Assembly (NCBI GenBank): GCA_011605725.1
Contig: JAAOZP010000012.1
Location: 160,001-224,000, forward strand
From: Nitrososphaerota archaeon
GTDB lineage: Archaea > Thermoproteota > EX4484-205 > JAAOZP01
Length of the DNA stretch: 64,000 nucleotides
Reading direction: 5' to 3'
The notes under the pieces are model-generated. The model was not told where the DNA came from, made no database searches, and saw only the letters and a program-made list of their open reading frames with translations. Positions 19,403 through 27,891 of the stretch are shown here, in pieces. Position numbers and translations under genes: made by a program. The first letter of the stretch is position 1, and every line of letters starts with the position of its first letter.

Positions 19403-21784
19403 CTATTCCACCACCTCGATGACGCATGATTCACCTTTTAGAAGAATCTTTAAATCTATGGTTTTCAACTCACGGTTATACTCGCAGGAGGCAAGGTCGC
19501 CTCCTGTGCAGTTGACTCTCAGCGGCTTATTCTCATTGTAGAAAACTATCCTCCACGTTTTTCTCGAAGGACCCATTTTCAGCCTTAAAACATTGTTTTC
19601 TCTCGAAACCTCTATCGGAAAACTCTCGTCGAAAAAGTAGTTTAAGAACGCCTTGTCTTTCACAAATATTTCTAGAATCATTTCTTCAAACTTTTCACCA
19701 ACATGCTGCACAAGAGTCACTCTAGGTATTACTGAGTTCTCTCTTACTAGCAACGGTATTACTTGTAACGGGACTCTCTCCTTAACCCAGCAGCCTCCTT
19801 TAATCGGCTTCCTACTCCACCAGTTTAACCATTCACCTTTTGGCAGGTAGTACTCCACATACCCCTCCTCGTTCAGAACCGGTACAACAAGCAGGGATGA
19901 GCCAAACAGATACTCCAAGTCAATCTTCCTCGTATTCGGATCATCCTGATACTCTAACACGAGTGGTCTGGCTACTGGAATACCTGTTTCACACGCTTCA
20001 TACGCACATGAGTAAATGTAGGGTAATAGACTATACCTGAGACGGGTGAACTCTCTAAATATTCTCAGAGCCTCCTCCCCGTATTCCCATGGTTCTCGGG
20101 GCGTTGTCCCGTGACACCTGGAAAGCGGGCTTAAAAGACCCCATTGGGCCCATCTGACGTAGAGCGTTGGACTCGGCTTAGGCCCTTGAAAACCACCGAT
20201 GTCGTGACTCCAGAAAGGCACTCCAGACAACGAGTAGCTAAGCCCGCCGCGCAACACGCACGCCATGTCTTCGAAAGTAGCGTGGCTGTCACCACTCCAT
20301 TGAACCGGGTATCTCTGTATTCCAGCGCATCCTGAACGACCCCAGACAAGGCCGCTACCTCTCCCATAAACCTTTTCCACCGCTTCAAAAACAGTCCCTT
20401 GATAGTAGAGAGGGTAGAGATTATGCATCTCCACCCCGGTCTTACCGTTGTGGAAGACTGCTTTCTCAGGCACAGCCTCACCCATGTCGCATTTGAAGAC
20501 TGAAACACCCTTTCCGAGTAGATCCGAATGCTTATTCTTATACCATTCCCTAGCCTCCGGGTTGGTGAAATCAACTATCGCGACCTCGCAGAGCTCAAAA
20601 TCAGGAATATGGATTACTCCACCATCCCTATCTTTCAGGAAAAAGCCTTTTTCAACACCCTCCTTATACATGGCTGTACCCTTTGGGATATACGGTTGCT
20701 CCCATAAGCATATTTTGAAACCCATTTCCCTTAGTTTTTTAAACATATCGTCTGGATCTGGAAAAGCATCCTCATTCCATTCAAAGTCACAGTAATGCTT
20801 AGGCTTCATCCAAGACGGGTCTATATGTAGCACGTCGCAAGGTACCTGCTGGGCCCTTAATCTTTGAGCAACCTCCTCAAGTTCCCTCCTGTTTCGATAC
20901 GTTGCCCGAGACATCCATAGTCCGAAAGACCATAAAGGCGGAAGGCTGGGGCGTCCCGTGAGCTCCGTATACATTTTCAAAACATGCTTCAAGTCAGGAC
21001 CGTAGAAAACAATATACTCTAAACAGTCTTTCCAAGTCTCAAACGATATGGAATTGTAACAGTACTCAGAGCCGACTTCAAACACTGTTTTACACCCTGT
21101 CTTCAAAAGTAAACCATAGCCCTCGCTCGTAACGTAGAAAGGTATACTCTTATAGCTTCTATCGGAAGATGTTAAAGTGGTGTCTGAATTCCAGAGGAGG
21201 AGAGACTGGCCTCTTTTGTCTAGAGGCCCGAACCTTTCGCCGAAGCCGTAAACCGATTCATTCGGCCTCAGGCAGATACTTTCAAAGAAATGCGTCTCAC
21301 CATCTACAATTTTATAGCCGAGAGGATAAACTGGAAACCAGCTGCGTAGAACACCTGAAACATATTCTTCGAAAAACACCTTGCCTTTTTCATCCTTCAG
21401 CTTAAGGCACCATGGTTTCTTCCGTACCTGGCAAGACACCCTGCCTGATGAAAAATGTAGAGCCTCATCAGACTCGGTGATACTGGTTTCCACAGATTCT
21501 AAGAGCTTTTTCACCATAATGGGTTCAGGATCGAAAGCCGGAACCCCACCTATGCCTGCTCTTAACATCACAGCCTGTTCCCCAAGGAAGGAAACCTCCA
21601 CGTGCAGAGGGATAGCCTTAGGCTCTGTTTCAACAATTAGCTTAATCTTACCATCCTGAACAGCCCAGGAGTCTACGTGTGAAGCATAATGGTATTTCCA
21701 GCGGAGCCTGTCGAAAATAGGTTCTCTACCAGCCTTATGAAGATACTCCAAGTAATATCTTTCGCTGAAATAGTTGTTCTCCAT
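19403..21784 (-). CDS. GH31 alpha-xylosidase (YicI-like)
   Basis: YGFGERF, HIDPSW, FKCDMGE nucleophile, WSGDS acid/base, WSHDIGGF. Confidence 0.9.
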   Translation of the reverse strand: MENNYFSERYYLEYLHKAGREPIFDRLRWKYHYASHVDSWAVQDGKIKLIVETEPKAIPLHVEVSFLGEQAVMLRAGIGGVPAFDPEPIMVKKLLESVETSITESDEALHFSSGRVSCQVRKKPWCLKLKDEKGKVFFEEYVSGVLRSWFPVYPLGYKIVDGETHFFESICLRPNESVYGFGERFGPLDKRGQSLLLWNSDTTLTSSDRSYKSIPFYVTSEGYGLLLKTGCKTVFEVGSEYCYNSISFETWKDCLEYIVFYGPDLKHVLKMYTELTGRPSLPPLWSFGLWMSRATYRNRRELEEVAQRLRAQQVPCDVLHIDPSWMKPKHYCDFEWNEDAFPDPDDMFKKLREMGFKICLWEQPYIPKGTAMYKEGVEKGFFLKDRDGGVIHIPDFELCEVAIVDFTNPEAREWYKNKHSDLLGKGVSVFKCDMGEAVPEKAVFHNGKTGVEMHNLYPLYYQGTVFEAVEKVYGRGSGLVWGRSGCAGIQRYPVQWSGDSHATFEDMACVLRGGLSYSLSGVPFWSHDIGGFQGPKPSPTLYVRWAQWGLLSPLSRCHGTTPREPWEYGEEALRIFREFTRLRYSLLPYIYSCAYEACETGIPVARPLVLEYQDDPNTRKIDLEYLFGSSLLVVPVLNEEGYVEYYLPKGEWLNWWSRKPIKGGCWVKERVPLQVIPLLVRENSVIPRVTLVQHVGEKFEEMILEIFVKDKAFLNYFFDESFPIEVSRENNVLRLKMGPSRKTWRIVFYNENKPLRVNCTGGDLASCEYNRELKTIDLKILLKGESCVIEVVE

Positions 21785-21886
21785 ACCGAAGTATTCAAAA
21801 GACTTAAATTAAAGTTTTACCAGTTTTTTCGATCCTCTGAAACAGCTTTCTGGAAAGGCTTAAAATCCAGGTGCAGTTTTAAAACT

Positions 21887-22924
21887 ATGCCTAAAGAGTT
21901 ACTTGCCGTAGGTCCTAGAGAACCTGCACTCCTGGAGTATGAGGAAAGGCCGCTCAAAAAAGGCGAGATCCGTATAAGGAGCATCTTCTCAGCTGAGAAG
22001 CACGGTACGACTCTGCTTCTTTACAGAGGGGAAGCACCCTTCCTGAACAAGTATTATGATCAGGAACGCATGCTTTTCCTTAATAGGGCGGATGAAAAAT
22101 CCTATTTCCCTTTCCCTCTTGGAAACATGACTGTCGGAATTGTTGAGGAGGTTTCTCCAGAGGCTAGAAGGTTTAAAGTTGGCGACAGGGTTTACGGCTA
22201 TCTCCCAATAAGAGAAACACATACTGTCTACGAGCAAAACGTCATGCCTGCTCCAGAAGGCGTTAGTGATGAAGAGCTTGTATGCGTCGACCCCGCAGTG
22301 GTCGCGCTCATGGCGGTTAGGGAGGGACATGTAAGACTTGGAGATAAAGTTGCAATCTTCGGGATGGGAGCAATAGGGCTTTTAACGCTGCAGATGTGTA
22401 AAATATCCGGTAGCCTATGCGTCATCGCTGTGGAACCCGTTGAAAAGAAGCGGAGCCTTGCCGAGAAGTTTGGAGCAGACTACGTGATTGACCCTACTTC
22501 TGAAGACGCAGGGACGAGGATTAGGGAGTTAACAAATTGGAAAGGAGTAGATGTTTCGCTTGAGATCAGTGGAAGTTGTCAAGCGTTACACCAAGCTATT
22601 AGGGCAACAAGATACGGTGGGAAAGTGATTCCTGTTTCATGGTACCACGGTGAGGCTAAAAGCCTTTATCTTGGCGAAGAATTCCACTTTAACCGGATAA
22701 CGCTGTTATCTGGAGCTCGTGTCGAAAGCGAGCCTTACAGAGAGCATCCCCTTTGGAACAGGGAGAGGGTTTACGCGACTGTGACAGAGCTTTTCATAAG
22801 AAAGAAGATTAGTGTTGAAGGAATAATTGACCCGGTTGTGAAGTTTAGCCAAGTGGTTGAAGCTTACAGGAAGATGGATGAGCAGCCGTGGGAATGCGTG
22901 AAGCTAGGAGTAACTTATTCTTAG
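21887..22924 (+). CDS. MDR-family (alcohol/sugar) dehydrogenase
   Basis: SAEKHGT, FGMGAIG Rossmann motif, GVDVSLEISG; ORF 5' extension overlapping GH31 discarded. Confidence 0.85.
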   Translation: MPKELLAVGPREPALLEYEERPLKKGEIRIRSIFSAEKHGTTLLLYRGEAPFLNKYYDQERMLFLNRADEKSYFPFPLGNMTVGIVEEVSPEARRFKVGDRVYGYLPIRETHTVYEQNVMPAPEGVSDEELVCVDPAVVALMAVREGHVRLGDKVAIFGMGAIGLLTLQMCKISGSLCVIAVEPVEKKRSLAEKFGADYVIDPTSEDAGTRIRELTNWKGVDVSLEISGSCQALHQAIRATRYGGKVIPVSWYHGEAKSLYLGEEFHFNRITLLSGARVESEPYREHPLWNRERVYATVTELFIRKKISVEGIIDPVVKFSQVVEAYRKMDEQPWECVKLGVTYS

Positions 22925-23102
22925 AGTCGATTCGACAAGCGGCTCCAGCTTCGCAAGATGGTTGAGTAAGTGCAATATCTTCTTTCTTAAATCCGTTGAA
23001 AAGCCTTTAACCCTTTTCTCAATCCGTCAGGGACGTGCTCTAGGCGGCATACCACCGCTAAAGATTTATCTCAGGATTTTGCAGAGTAAATATTGAAGAA
23101 AA

Positions 23103-24512
23103 ATGATTAGGGAAACCGGTAAAGTTAAGCTGGGGTTTGTTCCCCTCCACAGGGAACCTTTCGACGAGGAATGGGCTAAGAAGCTACGGAGCAGAACGAT
23201 AAGTATGCTCTCCAGTCTAGACGAGATAGCACTAGTATACCCAGATGAAAAACTCACTAAAAACGGGCTGGTTAGGAACGATGAGGATGCTTCAAAAACC
23301 ATAGGGCTTTTTAAAGACCAGAGAATACAAGGGTTAATACTTGGCACGATGACTTTTGGAGACGAGGTCGCAGGCTCCTCAATAGCGCAAGCTCTACGCG
23401 TCCCCACTTTGGTTTTCGGAACAAAGGAGCCTCCGATATCGAGCGAAGGCTTTAGAAGCTCCGATTCGTTCTGCGGAACCCTTTCCCTAACCTCAGGGCT
23501 CTACAGGAGAAAAATACCCTTCGAATTCGCCGGAATAGTCCTGCCAGAGGAGAATCATTTCCTCGAGAAAGTCAGGGTCTTTGCAAGAGCATGCTCCCTC
23601 GTTAGAGCTTTCCTAGGAGCAAGGGTTGGCGTGTTTGGACCGAGACCAGAACGCTTCGAAACCTGCACTTACAACGAGGTGGCGATGATAAACAAGTTTG
23701 GACAGAGAGCCATACCCTACGATCTTACGGAAGTCATGCTCGGCTTGAACAAGATTCCTGAGGACAATCCGGATGTGACGAGGATCGTTGAACAGATAAA
23801 ATCATATGCCGAGGTTACAGGAATACCTGTTGAAAACCTTCTGAAAATGGCGAAGCTTGAAGTTCTGCTTAAAAACATGGCGGAGAAAGACGGTTTGTCG
23901 GCACTCGGCTTCAGATGCTGGACTGAGATACAGGACCTTTACGGAATATCGGTTTGCCACGTGCTAGGCAGGTTGACGCAGCAGGGTCTGGTGTCCGCAT
24001 GCGAATCCGATGTTTACGGAGCGCTAACCATGCTTATGCAGTACTGGGCGACACTAGGAAAATCAGCACCCCATTTCGTAGACTGGACCATCAAGCATCC
24101 GGAGAAAGAAGACCTCGTTCTAATGTGGCACTGTGGGAACGCACCGCCCTCCCTAGCATGCGCCGGCTGCAAAATAGCTGTAAGGTATCACAGCATACTT
24201 TACAGGGCAGTTGGCGAAGACAGGTCTCAGGGGACTGGCGAGTTCAAGCTTAAACCGGGCCCAGTTACGATCAACAGGCTTGTGGAGTATGATGGAGAAT
24301 TCAAAATGCTGAATGTTAGTGGAGAAATTGTTGAGGAAGGGCCGTACACGAGGGGCTCGTACAGCTGGGTTAGGATTAAAAACCTTGACGAAGTATATAG
24401 GACGCTTGTAAACGAGGGTTTCATACATCATGCAAGCATGATTCACGGAGATATTTCTCGAGAGATGGAGAGTGCATGTAGATTCCTAGGGATAAAAGTA
24501 ATTAGAGCATGA
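23103..24512 (+). CDS. L-fucose/L-arabinose isomerase-family protein
   Basis: TFGDE, DSFCG, RCWTEIQ, ACESDVYG, WHCGNAP, GFIHH. Confidence 0.88.
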   Translation: MIRETGKVKLGFVPLHREPFDEEWAKKLRSRTISMLSSLDEIALVYPDEKLTKNGLVRNDEDASKTIGLFKDQRIQGLILGTMTFGDEVAGSSIAQALRVPTLVFGTKEPPISSEGFRSSDSFCGTLSLTSGLYRRKIPFEFAGIVLPEENHFLEKVRVFARACSLVRAFLGARVGVFGPRPERFETCTYNEVAMINKFGQRAIPYDLTEVMLGLNKIPEDNPDVTRIVEQIKSYAEVTGIPVENLLKMAKLEVLLKNMAEKDGLSALGFRCWTEIQDLYGISVCHVLGRLTQQGLVSACESDVYGALTMLMQYWATLGKSAPHFVDWTIKHPEKEDLVLMWHCGNAPPSLACAGCKIAVRYHSILYRAVGEDRSQGTGEFKLKPGPVTINRLVEYDGEFKMLNVSGEIVEEGPYTRGSYSWVRIKNLDEVYRTLVNEGFIHHASMIHGDISREMESACRFLGIKVIRA

Positions 24513-24657
24513 GCGTAGCGCACACTCAAAAATTGATTCTTTCTGCTTAAAACCCTAACATGGCTAGTTAAACACTTGAAAGTAGCATGTTATTGCAACC
24601 CTTAAGCCCATATGGAAAAGCATAAAAACCATATCAATAACCACACATATTGTCCGC

Positions 24658-25392
24658 ATGGCTTATCAGGATAAGAAGAGCTTCGCGCTATACCAAGTAT
24701 ACGGGCAAATAATGATATTGGTACTCGCAGCTTTAAACACCTACTATCCTCAATACCTAACTTATACTTTCATAGCGTTTCTAGTAGTCTCAATGATCTT
24801 CACGTTTTCTAGAATGAGGTCTCAGCTGAAAGGCTCGTCACCCGAACAGCTTAAGGAGATAAGGGAAAGCAAAAAAATCTATGAGGAGGAAAGCAGCGAA
24901 GTTTCGAGACTTATAGCCTTAGATGCGCAACTTACTCAAGAAATGAAGCCCCTAGCAGTCTCCTCCCTACTATCTATTTTCGCAATAGCAGCTATACTGA
25001 TCTGGTATCAAGTGTATTTCAGTTTCGCAAGCAGCCTGACAGGCGACTCATCCTTAAACACTTTTAAATTCCCGATCTTTCTGGCCGGCTACGAGGTGCC
25101 CTACGCGTTAATGGCAGTAATAAGCTTCAGACAGAACAGGGCGTTGAAAAAGTTCGCCCAGATCCCTCGAAGCTATGCTCTTTTCGAACGAGGGCTGGTT
25201 GCTCAAGGAATAGTCATAAAGACCCCTATGGATAACTATGAGGTCAAGCTTGACTCGAAGAGGAAATTCGTAGAACTAGTCAGTAAAGACGAGAAGAAGC
25301 CGCAACGGGTTAGGCTTTATAGTTCACAGCCAGGCGAGCTTTTCAGGCTGATTAACACGCATTGTTTTTCCACATTGAAAAACACGGAGTAA
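24658..25392 (+). CDS. Archaeal membrane protein (DUF2208-like)
   Basis: Four TM segments and C-terminal DSKRKFVEL...RLYS. Confidence 0.65.
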   Translation: MAYQDKKSFALYQVYGQIMILVLAALNTYYPQYLTYTFIAFLVVSMIFTFSRMRSQLKGSSPEQLKEIRESKKIYEEESSEVSRLIALDAQLTQEMKPLAVSSLLSIFAIAAILIWYQVYFSFASSLTGDSSLNTFKFPIFLAGYEVPYALMAVISFRQNRALKKFAQIPRSYALFERGLVAQGIVIKTPMDNYEVKLDSKRKFVELVSKDEKKPQRVRLYSSQPGELFRLINTHCFSTLKNTE

Positions 25393-25502
25393 AAACGTTA
25401 AACAGAACTGTGCATTCAGAAGTACTCAGGCTTTCCTCGAGCGTTCCATGAAAAACACGGTTTTGAAAACTTTTTAACAGGGTAACTACTATCAGAGCGT
25501 AA

Positions 25503-26627
25503 ATGGAAGAAACAAGCGCACGTGAAAGATTTAAAGAAACATTTACCTTCGGCAAGCCTGACAGAGTCTTTTTCATGCCGCACTGGTTTTGGAGCTCCAC
25601 CATAAAACGCTGGCATTCAGAAGGTTTGCCGCAGGACGTGTATGTCGACGAGTTCTTCGGATTCGACCGTTACGAGCTTGTTCCCGTGAATCTTGGCTTC
25701 ATACCGCCATTTGAATACGAAGTTTATTACGAGAATGAGGAATACAAGGTTTACAGGAGGCAGGACGGATGTAAGGTAAAAGAGTTTAAAAGATACGCGG
25801 AGGCAAGCATGCCCCATTGGCTTGAATATCCGATTAAAACCAGGATCGACTGGGAAAGGGAAGTTATGCCGAGGCTCAACTCTAAGTCTCCAGCAAGATA
25901 CCCATTATGGTGGGACGATTACGTGCGATGGGTTAAAGAGAGAGATTACCCACTTGGAATCTCCGCGGGAAGCTACTATGGATGGATAAGGAACTGGATG
26001 GGGGTTGAAAGGCTCTCCAGGCTTATATACGAGGACCCGGAGTTTATCAAGGAGATTGCAGATTACATAGCTGGTTTCGTGATAGAAACAATTAGAAGAG
26101 CTGTTGAAGAAATAGAACTGGATTTCGCGATAATTTGGGAAGACATGGCTATGAAAACCGGTCCTCTCGTTTCTCCTAGGAAGTTTAAAGAACTCATGGT
26201 TCCTGCTTGCAAAAAAGTCTGTGACTATCTGCATTCAAACGGTGTTCAAATAATACTGCTTGACTCAGACGGGTTCATAGACCAGCTTATACCCATCTGG
26301 CTTGACGCGGGAGTAACTGGCGTCTACCCGCTGGAGGTTGCCGCAGGAGAAAACGTGGTCGCACTTAGGAAAAAGTATGGGAAAAAGCTTGCCATGTTTG
26401 GAGGAGTTGATAAGAGAGTCTTGGCCAGAGGCTGCGACGAGATAGAGAGACACCTATTCCAAGAAGTGAAACTACCATGGATGTTGACACAGGGAGGATA
26501 CACGCCGATGATAGATCATTCTGTACCACCGGACGTGAGCCTAAGAAACTTCATGCATTACTGGAGCATTGTGAAGAATGTCGCAGAAGATCCTTTTAGA
26601 TACTTGGATAAGTGTGAGGAGGCTTAG
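25503..26627 (+). CDS. UroD/MtaA-like family protein
   Basis: SARERF..KPDR, WEDMAMKTGPLVSP, LDSDG, PLEVAAG, GGVDKR, IDHSVPPDVS. Confidence 0.88.
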   Translation: MEETSARERFKETFTFGKPDRVFFMPHWFWSSTIKRWHSEGLPQDVYVDEFFGFDRYELVPVNLGFIPPFEYEVYYENEEYKVYRRQDGCKVKEFKRYAEASMPHWLEYPIKTRIDWEREVMPRLNSKSPARYPLWWDDYVRWVKERDYPLGISAGSYYGWIRNWMGVERLSRLIYEDPEFIKEIADYIAGFVIETIRRAVEEIELDFAIIWEDMAMKTGPLVSPRKFKELMVPACKKVCDYLHSNGVQIILLDSDGFIDQLIPIWLDAGVTGVYPLEVAAGENVVALRKKYGKKLAMFGGVDKRVLARGCDEIERHLFQEVKLPWMLTQGGYTPMIDHSVPPDVSLRNFMHYWSIVKNVAEDPFRYLDKCEEA

Positions 26628-26631
26628 AAGC

Positions 26632-27693
26632 ATGAATGCCAGGGAAAAATTTGTTCAAGCGTTAAGGTTCAAAGAAACATCTGAAATACCTTTTCCATGC
26701 ATGTTCTACAAGTTCCACCCTGAAACTTTGAAAAGATGGCAGAGGGAAGGATTGTCTAAAGACGTGCATCTGATTGAGCATCTCGACCTAGAGAGATGCG
26801 AGCTTATTCCGGTAGACATGGGGCCATTACCGAATTACGAGGCTGTCGGTCTTGAACAGATAGAGGAGTGGAGGCTAGGAGTAGACAGATCATTATCAGC
26901 CTCCTTAACAATCGAGGCGAAAAGAGTTGAAGAAGAGTTTCCCATAAGAAACCCGAGGGATTATGAGAGTTTTAAAAGAATCCTGAATCCAAACTCCCCT
27001 GCTAGGTATCCGAGGTTTTGGGATGATTATGTACGTAGGGTTAAAGAAAGGGATTATCCGCTGGGTGTTTGCTTGGGAAGCCCGCTCAGTTGGCTGGTCG
27101 AATGGATAGGTTTGAAGGGTATTGCCTCCAGTTTAAAAACAGACCCATCCTGGATCATAAGCATCATAGACTACTTGACAAACTTCATCATATCTACAGT
27201 CAAAAGGGCGGTGCACGACTTATCACTCGATTTCGCAATCTTCATCGAGCCTAGGATGTACAGGCTCACGTGTATAGCAGATATCGATTTCATTATTGAT
27301 ATTTGTGAAAAAGCATATGGCCCTATCGTGAGCTGGATCAAGAATACAGATATCGACCTTGTAGGAATCGATTCGCAAGGACATGTGCATGAATTAACTG
27401 ATGCTTGGACCAAGATCGGTATCAACTTCATGTCGATCGAAAGCAGCGGTGGAGGAGACCTTGAATGGATCAGGAAAACCCTGAACAACAGGGTTGCCGT
27501 CATAGGGAACATCGACCGCAGAGTGCTGGCGTGGAGCAAGAGAGATATAATGGATGAGGTCCTTAGGAAAGCATCGTTCTTCAAACAAGGCGGTTACATC
27601 CCTGCTCCAGATGGGATTATACTGCCGGATGTACCTTGGGAGAACTTTACATACTTCATCAAAATCCTTAAACAAACGAGTATTATCGCGTAA
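26632..27693 (+). CDS. UroD-like paralogue with degenerate active-site motifs
   Basis: Shares SPARYP.(F/W)WDDYVR.VKERDYPLG with the upstream gene; GAGGAGG RBS before ATG 26632. Confidence 0.8.
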   Translation: MNAREKFVQALRFKETSEIPFPCMFYKFHPETLKRWQREGLSKDVHLIEHLDLERCELIPVDMGPLPNYEAVGLEQIEEWRLGVDRSLSASLTIEAKRVEEEFPIRNPRDYESFKRILNPNSPARYPRFWDDYVRRVKERDYPLGVCLGSPLSWLVEWIGLKGIASSLKTDPSWIISIIDYLTNFIISTVKRAVHDLSLDFAIFIEPRMYRLTCIADIDFIIDICEKAYGPIVSWIKNTDIDLVGIDSQGHVHELTDAWTKIGINFMSIESSGGGDLEWIRKTLNNRVAVIGNIDRRVLAWSKRDIMDEVLRKASFFKQGGYIPAPDGIILPDVPWENFTYFIKILKQTSIIA

Positions 27694-27891
27694 AACCATT
27701 CGCCAGCGCTTCAAGAATCAGCAATCACGTAAAAACTAATCAGCGTTCTCTTTAGGGATTTAATCGCGAATAATTCTGGAAATCTAAAAACGACTTTCCA
27801 TCGATTCGTTTACAGGAGAAATACCCTTTGCATCTTGTTTGACCCAACGATTCTTTAAATCCTAAAACTTTTTCTACCGACCAGTAGGGGA

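Noticed and set aside
21689-21886. 66-aa N-terminal extension of the MDR dehydrogenase
   Set aside because: It overlaps the divergent GH31 start and both promoters
22925-23030. Minus-strand RIEKRVKGFSTDLRKKILHLLNHLAK, resembling a RelE N-terminus
   Set aside because: Too short, no start codon and no C-terminal RelE motifs; may be chance
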